The notes under the pieces: generated by a model
Databases searched by the model: none
What the model was told of the DNA's origin: nothing
Seen by the model: only the letters and a program-made list of their open reading frames with translations
In this document: in pieces, positions 36,761-49,331 of the stretch
Position numbering within the stretch: position 1 is the first letter of the stretch
How the letters are laid out: every line of letters begins with the position of its first letter
NCBI GenBank assembly: GCA_024704765.1
Contig: JAKMXF010000166.1
Span: 646,743-710,742 of the forward strand
Source: Oopsacas minuta
Lineage: Eukaryota; Animalia; Porifera
DNA length: 64,000 nt
Reading direction: 5' to 3'
Program-made: the position numbers and the translations under genes

Positions 36761-36840
36761 ATCTATATGCTATTAATATAGATTGATTAATTGCGTTATC
36801 TATATTATTTATGATGCAGTCCAAATGCGAATTTGGACTG

Positions 36841-36844
<4 letters not shown>

Positions 36845-36876
<32 letters not shown>

Positions 36877-37340
36877 TGGAAGCCGGTTAATGAGGACTCG
36901 GATAATCGGGATATCCGCTTAAACGGGACAATGATTTTAGACAGATTCTTTACATAGAAAAATGGTCGGATAATTGGGACATCGAATCGGTTAATCGGGA
37001 TTTTTATCTCGATTAACCGAGTATGAATATTATATTCGCTTGAGTGGGATTTCATCCCAATTAAACGATTGTATATTTATTCAGAATCATTGTAATATGG
37101 TTTGTTTTTTAAACTGGGAATTGCAATATTCTACAACCATAACAATACAACACCGATACCATTGCAATTTACAAACTAAAATTATTAACATTATTGTTTT
37201 AGGTAATATCTATCACTTCTATACAAGAAATGTATCGTCAAATTCTTTTGTATCAATGGTAAATTGGATTATACTTAATTTATAATTGTAAGTAATTTCG
37301 TGTCAGCCTGTAATGATTAGGATAACATTGATCCCAAAAA
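36845..37340. mobile_element. (TA)n tract followed by an internally deleted inverted copy of the 22354-23042 element (from 36874)
   Basis: CAGTGGAAGCCGGTTAAT... is the reverse complement of the right arm of 22354-23042. Confidence 0.75.
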
Positions 37341-40178
37341 TGTGTTGCAAAGAGTGGTAACCAGTCATCCCATCCTCCTTCGTTACCACACTCACAATTT
37401 CGTGAAAATTGCGGTCACTGTTGATTCCAGTCAGAGAAGTTCATATTAAGTGAATTCGTCAGTAAGTTAAGTTCAAAGTGATTAGTGTGATGGGTAAGTT
37501 CAATCTATCAAGATCTTAGAAATTACTGATACCACTGCTCAACAGAATTGTCAATTTGTGGAAATTGGGGTTACCTGTTGCCACATTCCGTCAATAATTG
37601 AAAGATGAGCCCACAACATAATCAAGTATGTTATTTTGGGATTACTCTTGCACCAATCTATAAAGTAGGTATAAATTTGCGTCATGTTGATAGAAATGGA
37701 ATTCGCCACTATTCAGTTCATAGGTTTACCTGTTACCACACTCGCTCAAGTTCATAGAAATTGAAATGGCCACTCAGTCAATTTAAAGAAATGGGTGTGA
37801 CTGGTTGCCAGTAAATAAAGTTCTTATAAATTGGGGTGACTGGATATCCCATTAAGTCATCCCCATGATAATTGTAGTCACTGGTGTCCTTATTCTATCA
37901 CGCTCGAAAGTGCGCCTTAACTTAAGTCCAGTGAGTCTTATCCAAGTTCTACTGTACAGTAATAATTTTATAACTTACAAAGAACTTACGATAGCATTAT
38001 CTAAAAACATGTATGAATATTTCATAGAATCCAGATAGTTCATGAAAACAACCAGCAAAATGATGTTGATTAAACATTTGAGTCAATTTGCGAAACTAAT
38101 AAGCGGGGGGCTTTTATCTGGCCCCTTATAGTACTTTGATATCATAGTTCCAGTGTTCCCTAAAGGCCCGAAATTGCTCTTCTTCTTTACCTGTGCTCAG
38201 TGGTGTTGTGATATGTGCCACAATGTCAATACATTTTGAAACACATGTCAGAGAGGTTTGGAGATATCGCTTGGCCTATGATCGAAAAAAGCTTTGCTTA
38301 TGATCAAATTTCTGATGTAGAGGAGACTATATTTTGATCGACGACATTTCCGTCATTTCCTTAATTCTTAAACGCGTGAACAAGCGAAGCAATTATTGAA
38401 GTGCAGCGGAGGTGAGCGCTCCACTAAGCCAAGTTTTGGGTCACATTCGGTCGGCCTCATGACCGGATTATCGGCCAAAAACTATCTGATTGCAGCCAAG
38501 TTCCGGATGGAGATTAAGACACTTTTTCCGAACATCTAACAAATGAGAAAGCTGAGTAGAAAGATTGTATGTATCGTGCTCCCCGAATCGTTAATTCTTG
38601 GAATTTCCACTACAGCCTTTCCATTCCTTCTACACCGTTGGAACCCTCGTTCGGAATATATTTTACAACGGTGCTCCTGCCGCCGTTCGTACAAAGAAGT
38701 AAAGAACTAAGTGCTAACTTAAACCTTCTTCACTAAGAGTTAAGTTCGCACTTAGGCTTTGAAGTGTAAACTTATTACTACTATGATTCACAGAATATTA
38801 TCGACATAACCAACCCATTTAGACTTATTTATGAATTTAGTTTTCATCCTTTGTACAGGACAGGAATTGAGCGTACAAAATACTTCGAAAAAATATATCC
38901 CTGAAGTATCGAGCTAGCTCGATTTTGATTGCGAGAAGGAAATTTTAATTTTGATCTGCTACAAATCCAAATTGACCGGCCGTTGGCAGGCCAAATTGGT
39001 GTTTTGGGCGGCCAGCTGGCCGGTCAACGCTTAGAGGGTACACGGGCGGTGTCCCAAGTCTTGAAGCCTATTGGAGACTTGTATCGAACTAAGGAAGAAT
39101 CTAACAAATTTCTGCATTTGTTGGTTACTTGCAGGCGATAAGCGAAGCAGATTACCAAAATATAATTTCTATTGTTGGTAATTTGACAGGTGTTGTTAAT
39201 TTGTCAACATATGTTTGGTGGTAATTTACATGCATCCCATTAAACATGACCATGTATATATATATATTGCTTCTTAAATTTATTATTTGTCATCATTTGA
39301 TTGTCTCATAGTCATTTTTTGATGTTTTTTATCATTTTTATTTCGATCATGTTTTTGTCTATGTTATAGGATGAATCTTCTATTATTTCATGGAGTTTTC
39401 GTTCGATTTAACTACTTTCGAAAACAGTTAAATGTTTTGGGATTTGAACACATTCCTCCGTTGTTATGCAAATACATTTGGACAGATTCTACCATATCTG
39501 AAATAATATTAATGATAGGGCTCTACATATATACTAATCGATCCGCAATAGACAACTTCCTATTCATGAATAATAATATAGTTTTAATATCTAACTATTA
39601 TATATGGATTAATAAATTATTTCGTTATATAGTGGTATGACCTTATATGGTATAAGACGTAATAGCTTGTTAACCGTTAGAGTTAGGTATTGAAACTGTG
39701 TTTTTCACAAATCGGAAGTCATCTATCGCAGATCGATTTGTATTAAATGTAGAACTCTATCGTTAATATTTTCTCAGATATGGCTAGATTCAGTTCTAAT
39801 CAATTTGCATAGCAACGGAGGTATTGTTTTTATGTTTATATGTGTTGTTAATACATTTATAATGCATAATTAGGACATTAAACGATCCTATAATATAGGA
39901 TCTAGATCCCGATCACAGTGGCTTAAAACTGGTGGTAGTAGGAAGTAGTTATAAAGTTGAAAGTTATCCATAGCAAATGTATCAATTGCATATAAGTTAA
40001 GATTGGCTATTTCAGATTTTAAATCCCCTCTATAATGCAAAGATAATCCTTCTTTGTATTATTTATATCTTTACATGAATTTGTTTATTTTGTGAACTAT
40101 ACAATCTACATAGCTGATTTTTCATACAGGGGAGTTTTGCAGTGGCTCGGACATTTTCGAGTCTTTGGCAAAAATTCC

Positions 40179-42200
40179 CACATTGGGCAGAATTATGACG
40201 TAATTGTCACATTGTCGGATTTCAGAAAATTCACATTATTAGCCGCTGTCTAGTCTATATACTAGTTAGAAAGTTGAAAATTATAACCACATGTAGACTT
40301 TACGTGCTACAAAATGTGATAGCACGAATTCCACAAAATGCTGTGTCATTATGGGATAAACGTCATCCTTATTGCACATTTATCAAACGTTATTCATATT
40401 TGTATATTTGTTATATGTGACAATACATACTATATTATAGTGATTGAAATAAACTTTTTATTGGCTTTTCTACCGATACATAATCGTGTTACAGCAGTTA
40501 TTTCTATTAGTGTGACCATATTCCCCGCACCTATCACAGGATAATTTTGAACGATATCCAACTAAAAGTGGGTCACTCTAGGATGCTTGCCTGCCAAAAA
40601 TATCAATTATGTTCTTTCCAAAACAGGTCTTTCTGGTTAGATGTTCTTTATACCTGCGAATCAATGTATTGCAGGCTTCAGATCCTTCTTTTGAAAATTC
40701 TTAAGCTCATATCCAGCATTTATTTCTCTCAACAGTTCTTCGGAATGTGCTAGCACTTTATACAAAGTAGGAGAATGTTTGTCCATGGATTTTATTTTAT
40801 CTAATACTCATAGATATGTTTATCTATAAACGTTGCCAAGTTCGGTGGTGTTTATTCTCCTATCAGAATTGAATATTCTGAGGATTGTAGATAACTGGGT
40901 GTGAAGTTTGTAAAGTGGTTCTTTGTAGATATCATTCACCAGCGATAAACACTATTAGGTGTATTTAGATTCGTTAGAAAATGCTCTTCTAGCAACAAAC
41001 TACCAGTTGATAATATTCCTCCTATTGTGTCTGGTTGATCAACTTTCCATACGGTGATTCTACAACGGTGTTAGCTCAAATGATTTACAGGAAGGATGAA
41101 CCATTTGAAATGCATGTATAGAATGTAGTGGAGAAGCAGGTGTAATATTAATAGTGGAAAGGTTCATGGGTTAGAAATACTCTGTCATTGGAGGGTAGAA
41201 AAGATACAAGGCTTTATCCTCGATCTTCAAACATTTCTAAGGCATCAGAGATGTGTCGATTAGGTGGAATCCCTGAATTACTATTTCACAATCTTTAATT
41301 CATCGTATGTTGCAGTGCATAACTCACAGCTTGCTCCTCCTGCTCTAGAAAGAATCCCTGCTATCTTTCCATCGAACATGGATCTTACGAGGTCGATCCA
41401 TACATGCTGATTATCTGGGTTAAGAAAAAACATGCCCCGGGCTAGCAATATCCTGCGATCGCCCCGGTATCTGGGTTGATCAAATCAGTCATAAATTGTT
41501 TAATGTTGCTCTCATTTTCTTTAGCAGCACAAGAGGTATTGGGCGCTGACAATATGGAGAATTATGAGTTGATTTTTCCAGAACTCTACACCTGTAGAAG
41601 TTGTAATAACAATTGGTTTCAAACATAAGTGAATACGAGACTTTGTACAAGTATTGGTCGGTACTTTACTGATTATGTCTGCGTGAGCCAACTAGATCAT
41701 CGGCTATCTGTGGCGAGAGAGGAAATCATCAAGTAAAGAAAGAGAAGCAGTACCGTAATCCTGAGGAATGTATGTTTGACGTATTCTAAGTATGAACGCA
41801 ATGAACGCAGTATTATGCCTTTTCTATGCTAAAAAAGGATATCGAGGGAATCAGACTTCGCTAGAAAGTAAATGTTGGCACAATTGGATATATTTTCTTT
41901 TGCTAATTTCTAGTATTTCAAAAAGGAAAAGAGATTTATCCAGATCTAAATCTTTCCTCGCGATGTACCCAAATTGACCAGACAAACTATCATCATTAAT
42001 CAGTTTGATAAGCTTGACCAGCCTGTCCATTATCTGCAAAGTTTGAGATTGCTTGTAATGGTTTGACAGCATTTTCACTTCTGATACCAGTTCAATCTCT
42101 ACTAGTGTACGTATTGCTTCTTTACCACTATATAGACGTTGTTAAGATTGGTTTATATGTTCAATTAACAGTTACAGCCATTTCAGTAGGATAGAATTAT
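40179..42200 (-). mobile_element. Transib/RAG1-core-like transposon relic 1 (transposase pseudogene about 40470-42160, putative terminus CACATTGGG at 40179)
   Basis: Manual translation: EISKRKY..L....FPRY; IAD.L(D>V)GS; WKN.THNSPYCQRPI..AAKENESNI; RSMFDGKIAGILSRAGGASCELCTAT; SPLHS; PTLYKVLAHSEEL; EGSEACNTLIRRYKEHLTRK; SDPLL; CDRCGEYGHTNRNNCC. Confidence 0.85.
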
Positions 42201-42234
42201 AACAATTAGATTACGCAACAGTAATATATGATTA

Positions 42235-45200
42235 CCCACCCCAACTTGAGTATGTCTTCTGCTTCTGTTTACGCTACCCCGACATTGAGTCGCGGTACCT
42301 ACTCAAACTGCGATTCGCCTAAGCGTTTGTATCCCGAGACTGGATGTGATAGTTCATCGCACTACGAGTTATATCTATGTTTGCACAATTGTGATTTCCA
42401 GGATCTAATGTAAGAAAGCGCTTGGGATCGACACTAAACATAATTTTGTAGGGTGTTAGCCCGGTACTAGCACTCGGGATTGTATTGAGTGAGTAGTCTA
42501 CCTCCTGCAATACCTTGGGCCAAGACTCTTTCTGAAGCTTCTTCTCGGCGAGCATACATCCTAACGTCTGTTTGGTAGTTTGGATTCCGCGGTCTGATTG
42601 TTCTTCTCCTTGTGGGTGGTAAGGTGAAAATCTGCACTTCTTAATTCCCCATTTCCGCTGAGCATCTCGAATTTCGCCTCCATCTACGTTAGGCCCCTGG
42701 TCGTTGAGGACAATTTCAGGGGGTCTATGTCTCAGAAACCATGCGGAGTTTAGGTCTTCGATGATACCTTGGGAGGTTTGATGCTCATAGAGACAATCTA
42801 AACCCATTTAGAAACATTTCTGTGATCTGTAGAAAGTATCGACAGCATTTTCCCTATGGTAAAGTGGCTACGTCGTATGCTATTACTTGTCGCCGAGAGG
42901 AGGCTAAGTTGATTGGGGACTTGGGCTAATAGGTTCTTTTAGTCCCGATCTATGTTTATTCTTATTTCAAATCTTGCACTGTCTACAGAACTGCCTAACG
43001 TTATCACTTAGGCAATCCCACTTAAACTTCTCTTTCACAAGGTATGTTGTGCGTCTGATGCAAGGATGTGCTTAGCCTGTTTTACTCTATATGCGGGAGA
43101 TGAAATCTGCGTACCCTTCGTGTACAGCACTTCATAATCCAGGCTTTCCAACTTGTGTATCCAATATGCGAACTTGGCCCTTGGATCGCGTGGTTGTCGG
43201 AGCCAGCACAAGGGGTTGTGGTCGGTAACAAAGTATATCTTTCTAACTGCCTTTAGGTAGTCATTGAACTTTCGAGCATGGCAATCAAACTACAAATTTC
43301 TAATTCACTTGTGATATAGCCCCTACCATGATATCCTTTTGAGACAAGACTCCAGCTACCGCTACTTTTGATGCATCGGTTTGTAGGTAGAATGGTTTAT
43401 TCCAGTCAGAGTAGGCTAGCAGCAATTGGGATTCCGTCAGGCACTGTTTGAGTGTGGCAAAACTTTCAGAGCTACAGAATCCCAATTCCAGCTCACTGTA
43501 TTCCCCATAGTCGGTACAGAGGTTCTGCGATTTTGGAGAAACCAGGGTATACTCCCGATATAAGTTCACTAGTCCGATAAAACTCTGCAAATACTTTCTT
43601 GTCTCTTGGAGGGTGATAGTTAGCGATCCGTGCTACAGTGTGTGAAGGCCTGTCCCAATGAAGAAATAATATGACCAAGGAACTCGACCTCGTGGAAACC
43701 AAGGCAACACTTCTCGGTTCGTAGTTGGATCTAGCATCCAGGGCTTTTTCAAAAACACCCGGAGATAGGCTGCATTGGTTGAGAAGAGTGGACCAGGAGA
43801 TCGTCAGATATATGATTCAGTGCATTTTGTTCCACGCTATCCTTCGTCCATTACTCTTTGGTAAGTCGCTTGACTATTGCATAGCCCAAACGCTATACAC
43901 ACCAATTCAAAGTGTCAACGGGGGGTTTGAAACACGGTCTATGGGATGTCTTCTTCCTCCAGGGCTACATTCCAGTATCCTTAACAGCGGTCCTGTGTAG
44001 AGATCAGTCGATTCTATGATAATTTATCCATTATGTTCCGAGGGTCAGGAATTGGATATGCGTCTTTCTTTGTAACGTAGTTTAAAGCTCTGTAATCGAT
44101 CACTAATCTTGTGCTGCCATCCTTTTGGTGGCAAGAATTATTGGTCTAGTCCAGGGTGATTCGGATCCGCGACCTTTCCAATTGTTAAGCATCTCGTTTA
44201 CTTGTATGTCTATTAATTCCGGACTTTAGGTGAGACCCTCCGAATTATATGTTTCATTTGTTGAGCCGATCCCGTATCTATGTTATGCGTAACCAGTTTA
44301 GTTGCGGTGACTTGAGGTTAGTTGCGAATATATTCGAAAGCTCATTGCATAATTCCTTTTGTTTATCTTGTATAACTTTTTCCAGACTCGAGACCTACGA
44401 GCTCCCAAAGCATCTCCGCCCTCAAGTATTGCTTCGCTGGACTTCCAGACTGATCTTAATCAGGTTCTCTGTGTGTCAAATTCAGTTGGCCCGAACTTCT
44501 TGAGGAAATCACAGCCGAGTATCCTGATCGTGATTGTTTCCTGCAGTACTTCAAAAGTTTTTTCTACTTTTTGATTGTCTCCCATGTCAACGAGTAGGGA
44601 TATGTTGCCGATCATATTAATTGGTTCCTTTCCGATTCCATATATTTTGGACGTGCGCCTGCGTATACATGATTCCAATCCAAGTTCTCTGACGGTGCCA
44701 AGATCGAACACACTAGGGCCTGCGCCGGAATCTACTAACATAGTCAACTGGACAATGTTAATCATGGCTGGGATGGCTACTGACTGTTCGGACTCGTAGT
44801 GTTAATTTGTAACCTGGGATATCCCTTTCTTCTTCTTGCTATACTTGTTGTGGCAGTTTGCAATTGAATGGACCTTCGCATCACAGATACGCACTTCCTA
44901 TCTGAGAACCGCATCAGCTGATTTGATCCAAAGCATAGCAGCCTGTACCCTCTCTCCATCGGTTCCAATTGTATGGTTTCTGTGCATATCCAAGCCTTGG
45001 TTTACTACTGGTGTAATAGATTGCGAAATCCACGTCAGTATCGCTATTCGGATTGGATTGGCGTTCGTTACATCGTCAGTATCTTTCTCTGCAGTAAGAG
45101 TTGCAACAACAATCTTCTCTTCTCGTTCAAACATTACTACAAATTCTATACAAACTTTCACAAACTTTACTCGACCAAGTATTTGAAAGATTGAGGGATT
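42235..45200 (-). mobile_element. Gypsy (Ty3) retrotransposon relic: gag-PR-RT-RH-INT, decayed, LTRs not clearly retained
   Basis: CCHC knuckle remnants, LVDSGAG protease, DGSTRLVIDYRALN and YIDD (frameshifted) RT, YLQTDAS RNase H, and DQG...SPYHPQG..QSDR integrase, in Gypsy order. Confidence 0.88.
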
Positions 45201-45962
45201 CTAATTTAGCAAAAACAAATATCTACCTAATCCTTTGAATAAACATAAATTAATCAAATGTACCAAAAAAGCTACATTAGAAGTTTTACAAGAAACAATG
45301 CCAATTTCAGCTAAAATGTTGAGATTATAACAGACTTGGATATAGTAGCACTGGGTACGATCGATGTTTTATTACCTCCCTTCAAGCAAATTTCATTCCT
45401 CGGCAGGGTAATCTTTGTAATATTTATGATTAACTTTAACAAATCCTGCATATGTAAGATAAATTGCACGAATAGCTGTAATAAGGAAGCCATCAGTTTA
45501 AATGAGCTAGAACCATCATTAACTTTCCATATTCCCGGGAATATCGAAAATCATCATTATCGTTGTTGTAATGTCATATTATATTCCATTGTTACATAAC
45601 AACTCAATAATCTGCCTATCATCGAAGATAAAAGAATGGAATTTGCCCAAATTTTACAAATTGCACAGCATTGTGGAAGCTATCATTTTCAACATAAATT
45701 CTAGAGAATACAAAAAATATCATGTATCAATATGGGTTTAACATTCGTTGACATATATTTTATCGCCAACATTAAATATACTTTGGGTTCATTTAGTCAA
45801 TTTTTCGCTACTTCCCGGTACTAAGTCGCGATTCAGATCCTGGCTGAAATTATGATCGGCACGATCCTAAATTCTAAAAGATATAATATCTGATTAAGAT
45901 CCTCTCATAATCTGATTGATGATAGATCTTTCGAAATACGCTTGAATGCTTTGAGTACTATA

Positions 45963-46807
45963 CAGTGAAACCTCTGGAATCGGGGAACCTCTGAAATCGG
46001 GGCACTTGAATTTCGCGAAAATATTTTCCCATACAAATGAACCTCTGGAATCGGGGAAATAGCGACAATTGGGGAATCAGGGCAAACCCTGAAAATCTAA
46101 TTCTTTCAGCTTGCATAGAACTAATACTAAAATCGCCTACGCAATCGGGGCATCAATTCTGAAATCAACTCAATAAATTTTTATTTTCGCAAAAACTATC
46201 GAATAAAACACGATATAAATGCTACACAGAACCTACACTAACATAGGGAGAAGAATTGGCTCATCTTTGTCTGCTTCTTATGCTTTTCTTCCACCTTTCT
46301 GACCTCGTCAGCGTGTACTGCGCACCACTCAGTGTCGACTTGCTTCCACTGATCCTGAAAGAATATCTCCAGGTCGAGGAGAGCCTGGGTGGCAGCCTCT
46401 ACAGTGATGACGTGGACAGGCTCACAGTCGTTCATCACGACATCAGGTTCTTCATCAAGGACGGTTACATCGTTGGCCTGAGATGGCTCCAGCACTTTAT
46501 TAATGATTTCCTCATGGTCTTCTACCATAGGTGGATCAGCGATCTCAGCCTCAAGAGCCAAGAGGTCCAATTCATTAGTCCCTGTATCTTCAGGGAATTC
46601 CTCTGTTGCGATCAGTTCTTCGCCTGTCATGATAAACCCAGCCTTTATGAAACACCTCTGAACAGTCTGGGAGCCGTTGAGGGAGTTCCAGGCCCTGCTC
46701 AACCATACACACACACACACACGCATGAGATTCAACCCTGTGATTGGGTGCCTGTGAGCGAACGCTTGTTGCACATGTGTTCGTGGAGTAATACCGACAA
46801 TTTGCAC
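45963..46807 (-). mobile_element. pogo/Tigger element 3' part (transposase C-terminus 46238-46807) with TIR
   Basis: TA|CAGTGAAACCTCTGGAATCGGGG terminus; protein W..AWNSL...TVQRCFIKAGF, an acidic linker and KKQTKMSQFF end. Confidence 0.75.
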
Positions 46808-47941
46808 CTAATATGATTGGTCAATTGATTCCGAATATGATTTTTAGCATTGTATGATCAATTTTTGTTGTTATTTATGTACATAAAGTAAAGAAATTTC
46901 AAAAAGTTCGTATACGTTTAACGGCTACAGAGGTAATCGAGTGTTCGAATAGCATATCGTGAATATTAGACTTAGAGAGTGACTTTCAAAGCATACATAG
47001 GATACTTAGTAATACATAACACAAATTATCGGTTGATTAGGAGTAACCTAGGCGCCCGTAAGGTGCCTAATGAGGACGCTTCGTGTCCGCAACCGCGTAC
47101 CGCAAGGAAGAGTAACTTACTTGTATATGTTGAATTTTTGAACTATACAAGTAGTAAAGTATGGATCGCACAATCTGTGATCAAAGAATTTATCCATACA
47201 TTTGGAAAAAATAAAAATAAAATCATTCCAGATTTATCATAGTACAATTTGAAGCTGTTCTTCTATGGAAAATCTTTCTTATATTTCCCTACATTGAGCT
47301 GGCCTAACTCAAAATTGCTACTTAAATTCCTTTAATAATACGGTGCACTCCGCTTAATAGAGCCACCGGTTAATCTGGCCAACACCTTTATCCAGTAAAT
47401 ATAGGTGATAATTTAATCTCTGGATTGGTACTGTTTCGGTTAAGTAAACTAGCCATCCACTTTTAAATATTGGCCTTGCTGGGATAGATCGGAATGATAT
47501 CTGTAACAGATATTTTGTTCATTTAACTTATAATCATGATGTCACGTAGGTCATGATTAAATGAACTTCATACCCCTACACAATTATGCTACAAAATGGG
47601 GACATGAGAATACTTGCCAGTAGGATATCCAATTCAGGCATTAAGTGTTACGTAAAGTTTGAATTACCCCGTTCGTGCCAGGAAATTAACCCTTTAGGTT
47701 TCTATTCGATAACAAGTCAAGTCATAAATAAACTATATTTAATGTCTAATATGCATGTGTCTACAAACTAATTGAATAAAAATAATGATAAAAATAATGA
47801 TAAATATAATAAAAATAAGAGAATAAATAATTATGATAAATTAAAATAATATATATAAGAGAGTTGTAAGAGAAAGATCAAGAGAAGTGCAGCTACCGCA
47901 TCATAACCACTGTTCTCCTTCTATGGTAGCTGCACTTCAAT

Positions 47942-47990
47942 GGAGAGGATAGAGGAGAGGAGAGGAGAGGAGAGGAGAGGAGTGGAGTGA
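47942..47990. repeat. (GGAGA)n microsatellite at the start of the MULE coding region
   Basis: Direct reading of the sequence. Confidence 0.9.
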
Positions 47991-49331
47991 GAAGAGAAAG
48001 AGATGTGGCGCATTGGTTGTGTGAGCAAAGAGGGGTCTGCAAAGCTAGAGTTCATACCAAAGGGATGGCGATAGTCAAGCGCACGAATGAGCACTCCCAT
48101 GGGCCTGAAGAGCAGGCAGCGGACTGTTGTGAAGCGAAGGCAGGCATGAAGAGGAAAGCACGGGAGTCCCAGGATAGCCACACCACAGAGTGGGTGAGAG
48201 TTTGCAAACAACATCAGAGGGTACTGCTGCTAAACTCCCCAAACTGGACAGCCTGAAGCGGACGATACAACGCCAACGTGCTAGTGTACTTGCAGCTCCA
48301 GCACAGCCTACCACTCTAGCAGAGCTAGCTCTACCAGCAGACAGCCAAGGGAGAACAGTTCTTACTCTACGACTCTGGTGCAGACGATGTACACAGATTC
48401 CTCATCTTCGCGACACAACACAACCTCGGGATGCTGCAGCGAAGCAAGATCTGGCTAGCTGATGGCACCTTCAAGACGGCACCTCCCCTCTTCGCCCAGG
48501 TGTATGTGGTGCATGGACTCCGTGGAGGAGATGATCCTATGAAGACCGGCCATCTGTTACCGAGCCTGTTCGTGCTACTGTCCAACAAGACGGAGGCTGC
48601 CTACCTGAGGATGTGGGAACAGATCCGCCTACTGTGTCCACTTGCCCAGTCTCAACAGATGGTCCTGGACTTTGAGAAGGGCGTGATTACCAGCTTTGAG
48701 CATGTCTGGCCTAACACAGTAGTGAAGTGCTGCTTTTTCCACCTCACACAGAATATCTGGCGACATGTGCAGTCTGTAGGGCTGCAGTCTGCCTACACAC
48801 ATGACGAAGAGTTGGCTATGTATGCGCATCCGGAGGATACCAGCCCTTGCTTTTGCCCGACCAGCAGACGTACACGATCTGTTTGATCAAGTGGCAATGG
48901 ACCTCCCCCTTACGCCTGAGATAGGCGAACTAGTCGACTACTTTGAGAGGACGTATATCGGCCGCACACTTGCCAGCGGATACCATGTAGTGGCGACGTA
49001 CCCTATTCACCTGTGGAACAACCATATCGGCACGCCCTTAGGACTCCCGTACAACCAACCCGTAGAGGCATGGCACCGCAGCTTCAATGCCACTGTCGGC
49101 TGCCATCACCCTACCATATGGAAGTTCATCCTCTCCCTCAAGCGTGAGCAGGGCCTAGTGGAGGTGCGGCATACTAACTACCTTGTTGGCAAGCCACCAA
49201 CCAAGTGGAGGCGGTCCCAACAGAGTGAGGAAGCGTTGAAGACTCTAGTTCGTGAATATTATTCTCCAGATCGTTCTAAAATGGAGTTCTTGCAGGGTGT
49301 GGCACATCATTTCAGTCTGGGAGCCGATTAA
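47990..49331 (+). pseudogene. MULE (Mutator-like) transposase with a FLYWCH domain, frameshifted
   Basis: WLCEQRGVCKARVHT...NEHSH, WLADGTFKTAP, VLDFEKG, CCFFHLTQNIWR, YFERTYIG, VEAWHRSFN, HPTIWKFI. TIRs not identified. Confidence 0.9.

Noticed and set aside
39000-40470. A RAG2-like (kelch/PHD) partner gene tail-to-tail with either RAG1-like gene
   Set aside because: No such ORF or motif was seen, and only about 180-290 bp separate each stop codon from its putative terminus.
42078-42089. Minus-strand TGGTATCAGAAG resembling a tRNA-Met primer-binding site
   Set aside because: It lies in frame within the RAG1-like coding sequence (ELVSEV), downstream of the Gypsy integrase, where a PBS is not expected.
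46256-46816. 186-aa plus-strand ORF
   Set aside because: It is the antisense shadow of the GC-rich pogo fragment.
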